A stretch of DNA of 64,000 bases from a virus (taxonomy: Duplodnaviria; Caudoviricetes), in the IMG/VR virus record IMGVR_UViG_3300027805_000006. The stretch is one strand, 5' to 3'. Position 1 is the first letter of the stretch. Each line of letters opens with the position of its first letter. The position numbers and the translations under genes were made by a program. This document shows positions 29,142-39,143 of this stretch, piece after piece. The notes below the pieces were generated by a model that was not told the origin of the DNA, did no database searches, and saw only the letters and a list, made by a program, of their open reading frames with translations.

Positions 29142-29377
29142 TTTAGCGTTACTGTTCTGTACCGCCTAAGAATTACATTGACGTCATTGCAGTTGAAGGC
29201 ATGTCCATTTTCAAAATTTACAACCTTCACACACTGCCCTGCATCGTCTTGATGAACTTCAGGCAATAGTCTAGTGTCAAGATACCAGGTATTTATGGAT
29301 ACTAGTACTGATGTAACGGCTGCCATCGCCAGTGTAAGAATCAACAACTGAAGTGTGTTTATTGTTACGAAGCGCAT
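29138..29377 (-). CDS. small membrane protein
   Basis: TM helix; AAGGAG RBS. Confidence 0.55.
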   Translation of the reverse strand: MRFVTINTLQLLILTLAMAAVTSVLVSINTWYLDTRLLPEVHQDDAGQCVKVVNFENGHAFNCNDVNVILRRYRTVTLK

Positions 29378-29396
29378 GTTTATCTCCTTCTTTTAT

Positions 29397-29630
29397 TTAC
29401 TTCAATGATAGGAGAGAATTGCTATTAGATGGACTTGCATTTTCCATAACCTTGAACAAAGAACTTAGAGGTACCCATCGCTTCCACGACCCGTCATCTA
29501 CACTTGCAGGTGTAATTTCTACAAGTTCCTGTTTTTTATTTCCCACCGCCCTTACTGCAATTCTTCCAGTAAGTTTAACTTCGCCGTCCTGATAAACATA
29601 ATGTTCTTCTAAATTAGGTGCTGAGTTCAT
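29397..29630 (-). CDS. hypothetical protein
   Basis: ORF track (EVKLTGR..VEITP..WKRWV). Confidence 0.6.
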   Translation of the reverse strand: MNSAPNLEEHYVYQDGEVKLTGRIAVRAVGNKKQELVEITPASVDDGSWKRWVPLSSLFKVMENASPSNSNSLLSLK

Positions 29631-30228
29631 TGAGCGCCATATTCATTAGTTGTCTAACAGATCGGGCGACTGTGAGTGTCATCCGGGCATCATCCAGCGC
29701 ATTGTGCTTCTCAGCACGACCACCAATAAACATCTCAAAAAGTTCAGTTGATTTGAACTTTCCAACAGTGATAAAGCCAAGCGCGGAAGTATCAAGAACA
29801 ACATGATGCAACTGAGGCATTACGTTAAAGGGCTTTAAAAGTTGCTCCATGGCAGCGATATCAAACCATGGGTTGTGACCAAGGAAGGCAACTTTCCCAG
29901 TGCCAAAGTGTTCTAGGATGAACTCGGCCAATTCGACAGCAGCATCTTCTGGGCTTAGTCCATTTTTCTCTAAATCGTCTTGAGTGATACCATGAATTTT
30001 TTCTGCTTCTTCTGTCCATGCATACTTTGAAGCATCAAACTTTACCTTGAAATAAAGTTCCTTAATTGGTTCAAACGTATCAGATGTCGCTATAATTGCG
30101 CCAAATGAAATTGCCTGGTACTTTGAAAAAGTATCTTCGTATGAACCAAAGGTTGAACCTGTTGTCTCTGTGTCTAAACATAGCACTAGAGAACCAATGC
30201 TGTTTTTACTATATGACGGCTTATTCAT
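29614..30228 (-). CDS. DEDDh 3'-5' exonuclease (DnaQ/RNase T family)
   Basis: LDTETTG, HNPWFD, HNALDDA. Confidence 0.85.
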   Translation of the reverse strand: MNKPSYSKNSIGSLVLCLDTETTGSTFGSYEDTFSKYQAISFGAIIATSDTFEPIKELYFKVKFDASKYAWTEEAEKIHGITQDDLEKNGLSPEDAAVELAEFILEHFGTGKVAFLGHNPWFDIAAMEQLLKPFNVMPQLHHVVLDTSALGFITVGKFKSTELFEMFIGGRAEKHNALDDARMTLTVARSVRQLMNMALNELST

Positions 30229-30836
30229 ACCTTCTCCAGGAAAGAAATAATTTCATTCTTTCTACCTTCAACCGTTTGTTCGGTAAGCGTCATCTTTTTA
30301 AGAAGTAGAAGTTCTCGCTGTTCTCCAAACCGCTGAATATCCTCAAAGATACCTTCAACAGTTGACTTGCTTGCACGTGCCGGGTCATTTTGCCACTTCA
30401 TATGCGGCATAAAAGGGAGAAGAACAACACCAGAATACACCAATTTCTGTGCCTCGATGCATTTCTTGCAATACTGTGCTAACCAAACTATGGCATCTTC
30501 AACTTCCCAATTGTTTCTATCTACATGTTTCCATGCCCAATGGGTAGCATAAGCAGCAATATCCGCGAAGGTTCTTTCGGTAAAGATAAATTTATTATCT
30601 ACAACGAATCTTAAGTTACTGTCCTGCTTTAGTTTCTGAATCAGAACTTCTTCTTGAAATGCGCACATAGATGCAACGTCATCCATAACGCTGTCAAGGT
30701 TCTCCCAAGAGAGTTGCTTCTGCACCTCACGAGAGACTTTGAAGTCATCAACGAGGTACCCATCGCGCCTAAGAGCCTCAAGCACTGTGCTCTTGCCACC
30801 ACCATGCGCACCAGAAATACCAATTACCCTAGCCAT
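30225..30836 (-). CDS. P-loop nucleotide kinase-like protein
   Basis: ISGAHGGGKST, FTERTFAD. Confidence 0.7.
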   Translation of the reverse strand: MARVIGISGAHGGGKSTVLEALRRDGYLVDDFKVSREVQKQLSWENLDSVMDDVASMCAFQEEVLIQKLKQDSNLRFVVDNKFIFTERTFADIAAYATHWAWKHVDRNNWEVEDAIVWLAQYCKKCIEAQKLVYSGVVLLPFMPHMKWQNDPARASKSTVEGIFEDIQRFGEQRELLLLKKMTLTEQTVEGRKNEIISFLEKV

Positions 30837-30837
30837 T

Positions 30838-31197
30838 TCAGACCTTACTAATTAGTTTTTGCAGAGGCTTGAGATCACGTTCGAGTTCCTTAGACGTAAG
30901 GTCTTTTGCTTGAAAACCTAATTCGTCAAAGTTAAACTGTAGAAAATGAAACGTCAGGACCCGCTTTGGTTCTTGATTTAGAAACATCATAGGCGCAGTC
31001 GCCCATGAACCATCTCCACGTTCGTTGAGAGAATATGTGGTGATGTTTCTCTCGTATAGAAAATCTTTGACAAAATCTAGGAGGTTATGCCCTCGCTTTA
31101 GGAGAATAATACCACGTGATGTAATGGATTCCATTCGCCCACCATCCATTCCTGTGATACTTGTCCCTACAACTTTTATCAACTGACGTTGTTTCAT
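30838..31197 (-). CDS. hypothetical protein
   Basis: ORF track. Confidence 0.55.
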   Translation of the reverse strand: MKQRQLIKVVGTSITGMDGGRMESITSRGIILLKRGHNLLDFVKDFLYERNITTYSLNERGDGSWATAPMMFLNQEPKRVLTFHFLQFNFDELGFQAKDLTSKELERDLKPLQKLISKV

Positions 31198-31285
31198 AAT
31201 TATATGTGCATTTAAAAATAGACTAGTTAATTATATCTGTTTCTTAACCTGTGTGTGACAAAAACAAGGTTGTTTTATGCAATGT

Positions 31286-31293
31286 TATAAATA
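31286..31293 (+). promoter_or_regulatory. late promoter TATAAATA
   Basis: Perfect T4 late consensus upstream of ATG 31327. Confidence 0.7.
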
Positions 31294-31326
31294 AATGGTA
31301 TGCATTTATACTCAAGGCTACCTGAA

Positions 31327-31740
31327 ATGTCACACATTACTTTCAAGGAATTTAATCAATTCCTTTCTGAATCAGAAAAATCAGATACAGAATTTGCAGA
31401 TTATCTGGAAGAAGGTTTCTTCTCTGATCTATTTGCGAGTAAAGAAAGCAAAGACCAGAAACGCGTTGAGAATTACAAGCACCTTTTAGCACACACGGAC
31501 CCAAAAGTACGTCGTGAGGCTGAAAGAGGTCTAAATCTGATGGTCCAAAAAGGCAACTTGCAAGCAAAGGCCCTCGCAGCCTCAGCTGAAAAAGCGCAAA
31601 GGGCAAAAAAGACACTAGATAAGGCTAAATGGGATCTTGCTAGAGCAGAGGTTGAAGCCGGAGAGCAAGGCGAATCTTCTGCATGGAGAAGAGAAGCAGG
31701 TTCCATTAAGAGAGCTCCCATTAACAGAGCCCGCGCGTAA
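31327..31740 (+). CDS. putative internal head protein
   Basis: ITFKEFNQFLSE|S and YLEE|G motifs; late promoter. Confidence 0.5.
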   Translation: MSHITFKEFNQFLSESEKSDTEFADYLEEGFFSDLFASKESKDQKRVENYKHLLAHTDPKVRREAERGLNLMVQKGNLQAKALAASAEKAQRAKKTLDKAKWDLARAEVEAGEQGESSAWRREAGSIKRAPINRARA

Positions 31741-31741
31741 G

Positions 31742-31894
31742 TTACTTTCTGGTCAGCCAGAACAAGCGGATATCAACCATAATGAGTTGAAGTTCAGTCT
31801 TCAAAAGATTAAACTTGCTGGAAATCGCCGAGGCAGCATATTCAACATTGGTCTTCACGGTATCTACCAGCCAGGTTGCAAATGCTCTTTCCAT
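31742..31894 (-). CDS. 50-aa early ORF, not in track (MERAFATW...)
   Basis: GAGGA RBS; upstream promoter; translated by hand. Confidence 0.55.
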   Translation of the reverse strand: MERAFATWLVDTVKTNVEYAASAISSKFNLLKTELQLIMVDIRLFWLTRK

Positions 31895-31931
31895 TTTAGT
31901 TCCTCTTTGTTAGTTCTGTTTCGATGGTATT

Positions 31932-31961
31932 ATTGTAGTCAATCTAGCCAAAAAAGTACAC
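31932..31961 (-). promoter_or_regulatory. early promoter GTGTAC-N18-TACAAT
   Basis: Motif read directly from the sequence. Confidence 0.6.
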
Positions 31962-32019
31962 ATCTTTTTGTGTAAAAGTGTTACTTTTTGTACACAACTA
32001 AAGTGATAAATTTAATACT

Positions 32020-32430
32020 TTACAGAATTCTATTCGCCCGAACCATAACCTTTATGGCTTCTATGGTTTTTCTTCCATCAAATTCTTCTAGGTCAATTTC
32101 ATGAGATGACAAGAAATACAAAAGTGCTTGAATATTTGCCCACAATTCATTAAGAATATTTACTTCTATGTTCAGTCTTGACATTGATGCTTTTTCACCA
32201 GCCTTCCAACGAGAGATGTGCTCAGCCAATTGAGAACACAGCGTAGCAATATTTTCACTCGTAATATCTAACTCGCGTCGTTTAAATGCGGTCGAGTGAC
32301 TACTATCAGTGTATCTCTGGACCCAAAACTCCGTGCAGTTAAAAAGGAAATCAAGTTGCTGCATCAAGTCTAAAAATACTGCTTCGGCATTTAGAATAAT
32401 TTCTTCTCTTAGCCCCTGATTATCAGACAT
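32020..32430 (-). CDS. hypothetical protein
   Basis: ORF track. Confidence 0.55.
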   Translation of the reverse strand: MSDNQGLREEIILNAEAVFLDLMQQLDFLFNCTEFWVQRYTDSSHSTAFKRRELDITSENIATLCSQLAEHISRWKAGEKASMSRLNIEVNILNELWANIQALLYFLSSHEIDLEEFDGRKTIEAIKVMVRANRIL

Positions 32431-32527
32431 TTTGCCCTTTCAGAAGTGACTGTTTATTTAGTTAAAACACGCTGACTTCTCAGCCATCAAACATAAATAG
32501 AAAGGATTACTTTACCGTGGAAAACCT

Positions 32528-32761
32528 ATGAAACTTCACGATTTTATCGCTAAACAAGAAACACAAAAAGCCGAAAGACTACACTCTCTCGGTAAGGCTA
32601 TCTCTCAATATGAGATTGCTCCAGTAGAAGAAGCAAAGGCACCTACTGCCCCGTCGGAAGACCTAAATGGCGACGGACATATTGATGGAATGGACGCTGC
32701 AATTATGATACTTACACAGGGGAATAAGGCAGCCCACAAAAAGATTAGACATCACGATTGA
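32528..32761 (+). CDS. small late protein with dockerin/EF-hand-like loop
   Basis: DLNGDGHIDGMDA; CATAAATA at 32492-32499. Confidence 0.55.
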   Translation: MKLHDFIAKQETQKAERLHSLGKAISQYEIAPVEEAKAPTAPSEDLNGDGHIDGMDAAIMILTQGNKAAHKKIRHHD

Positions 32762-32772
32762 GAGACATAGTA

Positions 32773-35334
32773 ATGAAAAAATTAAATGTTGCTTCACTCA
32801 ATCTCCAGGGAAAAATTCAAACCCTAGAGCACATCTTTGACAATATGCACGCCAAATCTGCCGGTCTCGGACAGGCAGGTTTTATGCTTGGCGGAGATAC
32901 TGGTGTTGGCAAGACCTCGTTCATTCGTGACCTTGCCGCTCTTTTAGGTCTAAAACTAATCATGATTGAAACTCCTCATATTGTTGAGGAGCACATTATT
33001 GATATTCCATTCATTGTAGTAAATCCAAATGGAACATCTAAAACAGAACAAATGGTTGTTGATACTAAAGCAAGTCAGCAACAATTTGACATAAAGTTTG
33101 CAAAGTCAAACTTGCACACAGCACTAGTTGCTGCAAAGAAAGAAGCAGATGCTGCTCTTCTGTCTAATATTACGAAGAGAGCAGATTTAGCAATGATTTG
33201 GGAAAAGATAGGTGGGTCACCTAAAAAAATTCCAAGTGAAATTGCAGACCTACGCGCAAAGTATGATGTCATTTTATTCCTAGACGAATATTTCCGCCAA
33301 ACATCAACAACAATCCGCAACATGCTGCGTTCCATTCTAAATGGTAGAATTGGTGCAAATGAAATTGCCGACAACGTCTATATCATTTTTGCGTCAAACC
33401 TAGTTGACCAAGGCGTTGGTGATATTCTTGAGAATGAAGATTTCCGGCTTCTTAACTTTGACAAGCCAAGTGTTGATGATTGGTTTGCATACATGCTATC
33501 AAAGTACAAGGATAACAAGAAGGTAAAACTTGATGAAGACCTTGTTAGTGAAATGTATGAACTCCTAAAGGATAAGAAGGCCCTCTCACACGATGACCAG
33601 GAAGCGGATGTCAGAGTTTCTCCGCGTCGTTGGGAACAGTTGATGGTGTATATCAGCGCTGCTTTACCTGAGGCTGCTACAGATCAGAAGAAAGCAGACC
33701 TGCTGTTAAAGAACGTCGAGATAAACTTTAAGAACTACCAGACTGGAGAGAATGCTGCTCTGGCAAAAGATGTAATTGAGGTAGTTAAGAAGATTATCGA
33801 GAAGCAATCTGGAAAGAAAATAAAAGCAAGTGCTGAGAACGTTGATGATAGCGATTGGAGAGAGACACTTAAGCACCAAGTCGAAATGAAGATGAAGATT
33901 GGTGAAAATAGAAAGTACATTCCTGTTATTGGTGGTATGCCAGGCGCTGGAAAAACTAAGCACATTTCAACTCTTGCCCTTGAACTTAATCTTGTTCCAG
34001 TATTTGTCGATGTCCAAAACCTTTCTGCTGAAGAAGTTATTGGAACTCCTCTAGCAAAGACAGGTGATAAGGAAGAAATTGAAGTTACCTTCTCACGTCC
34101 TCCACTATACGACAATATCTTACAGCAAATTGCAAAGGGCGAAAATAACCTACCAGCAGCAATGGAACGCGCCTTCGGTAAAGAAGAAGGTGTAAATAGA
34201 ATGGCGCTGCACAAGAAGCAGGACGTAAAGACGCTCATCTTCTTTGACGAATTGAACCGTACAAATACCAAAGTATTCAATGCAATTCGTAAGGTGCTGC
34301 TTGAGAAGGAATTTAACGAAGAATACAAACTGCCAGAGAATTCAGTTGTTGTTGCGGCAATCAACCCAACTGGAAAGGGAACACAAGAACTAACAAAGCA
34401 TGTTCGCGATGTGTTTGATGTTATTCCAGTTGGCATTAGTTGGCAAAAGTTTAACGCGCATCTAGATAGCATTGATCTTAAGGTTGACACAGAGATAGCC
34501 TCAATTGCTCGAGACGCACTAAAGGCTTTTGTTGATAACTTTAGGGTGAAGAGTGCAAATAAGATTCAAGGTGCAGATCCACACTTCTATCTTCAGGTAG
34601 GACCAACCCCTCTGTATATGTCAGCACGTGAGTATACTGATGCTCTAGTGAATGCAGCATTTGCAACACAGCGGGCGTATAATAAGGAAATGGATCTTTT
34701 AGCAGACCCCGAGCACGATGCAGGTGAAAGTGAATTGCGTATAAGGGAAGCAATTGCACGGTCATTCAAGCATTCAGTTGAGTATGTTGTGAATATTAAG
34801 CACGCGGTTGAGGCACCTGAATTTGCGAAGGATCTTGAAGAATGGTTCCTCTACACAGATAAGTTTAGCCTCGGCGCAATCTTCAAGAAAAAGGTCGAGT
34901 CCGTAAAATCACTTGAATCACTGCTTTCAAAGTCATTTGAGACGATGGATGATGACTTGTTCAATGACCTTGAATTCGTTAACTACATCACATCGGTTGA
35001 TCCTGTTGTGTTCAAGGAAGACCTTGCAGAATTCCTTGCTAAATATGTAGTAAACGATGCTAAGACTGCATTTGATAAAACTCACAAACTCAAGAAGTTG
35101 GATGCAAAGAAGAAGATGACACAAGTAATGGACCAAGAAATTAGTAAGATTGAGTTCATCACACGCGAAATTCTTCATGCAATCAAACTTCATGACATCT
35201 CAAACAAGATGGTGGAGATGGTAAAGGAAGCAGTGCGCGAAATGCTTGAGAAGGTAGCAGATGAAAATATCGATGCTATCGAAGACATCATGGACTTCGC
35301 CCACGAAATCACCGCGTTTATCAAGAAACTGTGA
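32773..35334 (+). CDS. tandem double AAA+ ATPase (MoxR/dynein-related)
   Basis: GDTGVGKT..FLDEYFR..SPRRW; GMPGAGKT..FFDELNR..AAINP. Confidence 0.85.
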   Translation: MKKLNVASLNLQGKIQTLEHIFDNMHAKSAGLGQAGFMLGGDTGVGKTSFIRDLAALLGLKLIMIETPHIVEEHIIDIPFIVVNPNGTSKTEQMVVDTKASQQQFDIKFAKSNLHTALVAAKKEADAALLSNITKRADLAMIWEKIGGSPKKIPSEIADLRAKYDVILFLDEYFRQTSTTIRNMLRSILNGRIGANEIADNVYIIFASNLVDQGVGDILENEDFRLLNFDKPSVDDWFAYMLSKYKDNKKVKLDEDLVSEMYELLKDKKALSHDDQEADVRVSPRRWEQLMVYISAALPEAATDQKKADLLLKNVEINFKNYQTGENAALAKDVIEVVKKIIEKQSGKKIKASAENVDDSDWRETLKHQVEMKMKIGENRKYIPVIGGMPGAGKTKHISTLALELNLVPVFVDVQNLSAEEVIGTPLAKTGDKEEIEVTFSRPPLYDNILQQIAKGENNLPAAMERAFGKEEGVNRMALHKKQDVKTLIFFDELNRTNTKVFNAIRKVLLEKEFNEEYKLPENSVVVAAINPTGKGTQELTKHVRDVFDVIPVGISWQKFNAHLDSIDLKVDTEIASIARDALKAFVDNFRVKSANKIQGADPHFYLQVGPTPLYMSAREYTDALVNAAFATQRAYNKEMDLLADPEHDAGESELRIREAIARSFKHSVEYVVNIKHAVEAPEFAKDLEEWFLYTDKFSLGAIFKKKVESVKSLESLLSKSFETMDDDLFNDLEFVNYITSVDPVVFKEDLAEFLAKYVVNDAKTAFDKTHKLKKLDAKKKMTQVMDQEISKIEFITREILHAIKLHDISNKMVEMVKEAVREMLEKVADENIDAIEDIMDFAHEITAFIKKL

Positions 35335-35341
35335 TAAAAAT

Positions 35342-37270
35342 ATGCTGATAGATGAAAGCAACCAGAAAAAGGCGGTAGGCACGGTATCGCCTACCTCTGA
35401 ATTAAATGACCCACACGTTCAGCGACTTATAAAATATCTTGCTACCAGCATGAAGAAAACGGTGTCAGATATTGAGGACCACCTCAATGACAAGGTAAAT
35501 CAAATGCAGGACCTTGAGAAGAAGGCGCCTATTCTCTATCACTCAATGGTCAAAAATGCAATTGAAGCAGAACTTAATAAGTTATTTGAGGAGGCTCCTA
35601 AGCCCACTAAGGCGCCCGAGTTTGACCCAATTACCTTTTCTGCTCTCGTGCGCAGAGTGAAGGCTGAGAACCCATCTATCTTCCCACTCAGAAACTTCGT
35701 CGACAGAAAGCCAATCGCTTCTCCACGAATTGTTTTGGTTCCATCTAAGGACCCAGCCGATAAGCACTTCAATGATATAGCAACTGCCGCTGCAACCCCA
35801 TCGGGTGAATTCATTTTCTGTGTTCCATTTATGCAGCAACTTTTGAACTTTGCACACATCAAGGGCGTGGTGCCAAAGAGCAAGAAGTACAAGAACAATG
35901 GTGGAGACTTTGACCCAGAGTGGAGCGTTGTAGAGTTCCTAATCCTTCACGAATTTTTCCACTATACACATGCCGACTTTCACTATCAAAAAATTCTAAA
36001 GGCTGACCCAACTATCATCAACTGGGTAGGCGACTTTAGATCAAATTACGATCTCATAAAGGCGGGTCACGAGCCTATCCCAATGGGTCTGTACAATGAC
36101 CTCATCAACTACGACAGACAAAAGACATACAAGGAAATGTATGACCTAGTTAAGTCAGAGTTTGAGAAACTTTCTCCTAAGGACAAGAAGCGTGTTCAAC
36201 AGGCGATGGATGAACTTGGTGACCAGCACCAAGAAGGAGATGGGCAAGGTAGTTCTGGTAGCCAAGAGGGTGAAGGAAAACAAAGTAAGAAAGGCAAAGG
36301 CAGTAGTGAAGAAGAAGGAGAGGGAGAAGGAGAGGGAGAAGGAGAGGGAGAAGGAGAGGGAGAGGGAGAGGGAGAAGGAGAAGATAAAGGCGCTGGTGGA
36401 AAAGAAGTTCCTTCAGAGGAGGAACTGGAAGAACACTCAAAGCGCGTGAGTGAAAAATCAAAGTCTCGCCAAGACGGTGCAGAATCAAAACCGCAAGGAG
36501 ACTCTGGAAAGCAGTCATCAAGTGGGCGTGGTGGTAGAGGCGCTGGCAGCCCAACATCTCCTACAGCAGTTGATTATGCATCTATTAGACCCCGCTACGA
36601 CTGGAAAACTCTTCTAGCACGTCTGGTTAAAGGCGCAGATTCGGCAGAAATAACCTATCAAAAAGTCCATCGTCGAAACATAACAAGCATTCACGTTGCA
36701 ACTCAAACGGGTGCGGGTGTAATTAGACCTGGTGAAAAAGAAGTTCCATCGCACCTTATTAAACTTTGTATTGTAGTTGATAGTTCAGGCTCAATGTCAA
36801 ATAGTATTTCTACTGTATTATCAAACGTTCAAAAACTTCTTACCGATGGAGCATCAGGTATAGCAAGAACTTTTGCTTTTATTGAATTCTCATCAACGCA
36901 TAAGATGTATTCTTGCACAATGACAGGAAAAACAGGAACTGCTCGCGAAATACAGAAGGCTGCTGATATGAAGAATGTCGGTGGTGGTGCAGCGCCAGAA
37001 ACAATTTCAGCAATTCTAGGAAGACATCAAGGCGGTGCAACTAATTTTTCAGCAGACCTTGTATCCCAACTATCAGATTTTGCAAATCAAAACTACAATA
37101 TTCTTATTCTAACAGACACCGATATTGTTGGCGCTGGAAATAAAGAAGCATTTCTTGAACTTTACGGTAAGTATCATTCAAAGGTTTATTTAATTCTTGA
37201 TAGTAAGCAATCTTTTACTGAAGTTGCCCGCTCGCTCAAGTCCGCATCTGGCAACATTAGCCATCTGTAA
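35342..37270 (+). CDS. zincin metallopeptidase + vWA domain protein (DUF2201-like)
   Basis: TAAAT..GEFIF, HEFFH (HExxH), GE-rich linker, MIDAS-like VVDSSGSM. Confidence 0.8.
   Translation: MLIDESNQKKAVGTVSPTSELNDPHVQRLIKYLATSMKKTVSDIEDHLNDKVNQMQDLEKKAPILYHSMVKNAIEAELNKLFEEAPKPTKAPEFDPITFSALVRRVKAENPSIFPLRNFVDRKPIASPRIVLVPSKDPADKHFNDIATAAATPSGEFIFCVPFMQQLLNFAHIKGVVPKSKKYKNNGGDFDPEWSVVEFLILHEFFHYTHADFHYQKILKADPTIINWVGDFRSNYDLIKAGHEPIPMGLYNDLINYDRQKTYKEMYDLVKSEFEKLSPKDKKRVQQAMDELGDQHQEGDGQGSSGSQEGEGKQSKKGKGSSEEEGEGEGEGEGEGEGEGEGEGEGEDKGAGGKEVPSEEELEEHSKRVSEKSKSRQDGAESKPQGDSGKQSSSGRGGRGAGSPTSPTAVDYASIRPRYDWKTLLARLVKGADSAEITYQKVHRRNITSIHVATQTGAGVIRPGEKEVPSHLIKLCIVVDSSGSMSNSISTVLSNVQKLLTDGASGIARTFAFIEFSSTHKMYSCTMTGKTGTAREIQKAADMKNVGGGAAPETISAILGRHQGGATNFSADLVSQLSDFANQNYNILILTDTDIVGAGNKEAFLELYGKYHSKVYLILDSKQSFTEVARSLKSASGNISHL
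36314..36383. repeat. coding (GE)n purine repeat
   Basis: GAAGGAGAGGGA tandem units. Confidence 0.9.
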
Positions 37271-37277
37271 ATGAAAA

Positions 37278-37928
37278 ATGAAAAACGATATTAAGCCGCC
37301 ACTAGTTATTTTACTTTTAAAAAAATTGTTAAGCGCCGGCAAAAATGTTTATTTTGCGCAATATCATACTGGCAAAGTTCCAGGAATGAATCTAGAGAAA
37401 ATTAAAAATGTCACTTTTGAGTTTGATCCAACATATGAATCCGACGATCTTATAGAGGGAGAAATATCAATAAGCACACAATATGACGATAAGTATAAAA
37501 CGCAAAAATACAGACAGTTTCTATTGTCCACAAGTCAAGATATACAAAAGTTTGACAGTGAATATACCCTAAAAAATAGTGATGGTGATTGGTGGTTTGT
37601 TAAAAAACACAATATCAATGAAGAACATATTAGTAGTTCCACTGACTTTCCATTATGGGCAACAATCATAGAGAACGGCTTAAAGCGCGGCGTAATATTT
37701 TATACACAATCTAAAATGCCAATTAGCGCAATTTTAAAAAATACAGTAGATGTAAAATCAAAAACCTCTTCAACATTAAAGAAAATAATTATTTCATCAC
37801 AACTAGGAATGCGCTTTGAGGATGTAATTTTGGAGCCTGCTTTTGAAGATTATACTCTTAAGAAATATAAAGATGGGTTTATGCTAATTGATATACACTT
37901 TGTACCAAAAGATATAGATAATAATTAA
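37278..37928 (+). CDS. hypothetical protein with internal duplication
   Basis: Two similar halves joined by NINE|E. Confidence 0.55.
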   Translation: MKNDIKPPLVILLLKKLLSAGKNVYFAQYHTGKVPGMNLEKIKNVTFEFDPTYESDDLIEGEISISTQYDDKYKTQKYRQFLLSTSQDIQKFDSEYTLKNSDGDWWFVKKHNINEEHISSSTDFPLWATIIENGLKRGVIFYTQSKMPISAILKNTVDVKSKTSSTLKKIIISSQLGMRFEDVILEPAFEDYTLKKYKDGFMLIDIHFVPKDIDNN

Positions 37929-37950
37929 TCAACTGCTAAAGATGAAATCA

Positions 37951-37980
37951 AAAAGGGGACCTTAGGTCCCCTTTCTCTTT
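37951..37980. terminator. bidirectional intrinsic terminator
   Basis: AAAAGGGGACC-TTA-GGTCCCCTTT between convergent genes. Confidence 0.85.
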
Positions 37981-37993
37981 TGCAAAAATGTTA

Positions 37994-38959
37994 TTAGGCA
38001 GCCAGCATTGCGTACAGCGCAAGACGCTTCCAGTGATCAGGCTTGGTAGCACGTGCCTTGGTCACGTTGATGAGCGTGCGCAGATTGATGGACTTGACCT
38101 CAGGGCGATTAGAATTCTCAGAGATGAAGGCAAGGGCTTCCATCTTGTGAGACATTTGGTACTCGTTGAGGAACTCGCCTTCCTTCACGATTGCTTGCAT
38201 ACGCTCGATGATCTCAGGGCGGGTCATAGAAACATCGGCAGGCAGAGAGCGGGAGATCAAAGCCTGAGGGATCTTGAACATCGGCATATTGCTGATAAAC
38301 ACCACGCCACCGTTGAAGATGAAGGAACGCGGCAGATCATCGTCACCACCCAGGCTCTCTGCATTCCAGGTGATCACACGCTTGTCGTAACTGTCAAGGG
38401 CAGCCTTCAGCAGGTTGGCGGCGACGGGATCCTTCAGAACGCTATCGCAGTCGTCGAAGATCACAATCTTGTTGCGGTTCTCATACAGCGTGCGGTAGAG
38501 ACCCTTGGCTGTAGAGAAACCCTTAACAACCACGTATGCCTTGCGGCTCAGACCTTCGTCAAAACGAGCACCGATTTCAGCATCGTCGATGTTGAACAAA
38601 CCAGCCTTAGCCAGCGCCTTCATCACCGTGTGCGACTTGCCGAGACCGCCTTCACCCGTCACAATCGCGGAAGGGATGGTGCGGGTAGCAACCATATCCA
38701 CGAAATCTTCCAGGATCTGGAAACGCTCGTTGATGTTGAAAACCAGGGCAGGGTCGGTGGGCTTGGCAGCAACCGAGCGGGTCTCGCCGATTTCTTCAAC
38801 ACCAGTAACACCCATTGCCTTCGCCTTGGCACTGATTTGGTTCACGATCTTGTCGACCACGTAGTCCTTAGACGTAGACTTCAGAAAAACGTGACCGCCG
38901 TAGGAGGCTTCCCACTTGCCGGTCTTTTCATTCTTCTGGAGGAGAGCAGTCTTTGCCAT
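37994..38959 (-). CDS. AAA-family P-loop ATPase, early
   Basis: GEGGLGKS, IVIFDDCD, FISN, SRS. Confidence 0.8.
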   Translation of the reverse strand: MAKTALLQKNEKTGKWEASYGGHVFLKSTSKDYVVDKIVNQISAKAKAMGVTGVEEIGETRSVAAKPTDPALVFNINERFQILEDFVDMVATRTIPSAIVTGEGGLGKSHTVMKALAKAGLFNIDDAEIGARFDEGLSRKAYVVVKGFSTAKGLYRTLYENRNKIVIFDDCDSVLKDPVAANLLKAALDSYDKRVITWNAESLGGDDDLPRSFIFNGGVVFISNMPMFKIPQALISRSLPADVSMTRPEIIERMQAIVKEGEFLNEYQMSHKMEALAFISENSNRPEVKSINLRTLINVTKARATKPDHWKRLALYAMLAA

Positions 38960-38992
38960 TTGGAGATACCCTGTTTGTTAATCGATAGGTGT

Positions 38993-39021
38993 ATTGTACA
39001 CCAACTGGGTATCTTGTACAC
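38993..39021 (-). promoter_or_regulatory. early promoter GTGTAC-N17-TACAAT (TG-extended)
   Basis: Resembles the T4 early -35 GTTTAC; motif recurs. Confidence 0.75.
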
Positions 39022-39054
39022 ATCTTTATTGTAACAAACTGGCAAATTGTAACA

Positions 39055-39074
39055 GTGTATCATTTTTGATACAC
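39055..39074. promoter_or_regulatory. palindrome GTGTATCA-TTTT-TGATACAC (operator-like)
   Basis: Same motif at 59827-59844; degenerate copy at 39125-39142. Confidence 0.6.
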
Positions 39075-39143
39075 CTTTGGGATGCTGCCCGACAACCTCG
39101 GATCATCAGAGGAACCCAGAAAAAGTGTCAAAAATGATACACT

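Noticed and set aside
33735-34490. 251-aa minus-strand ORF and other antisense ORFs (10413-10799, 27497-28060, 52982-53488, 61737-62312)
   Set aside because: Fully overlap better-supported genes on the opposite strand; composition mirrors the sense codons.
37988-39034. 348-aa plus-strand ORF
   Set aside because: Antisense shadow of the AAA gene; no motifs; promoter, RBS and terminator favour the minus strand.
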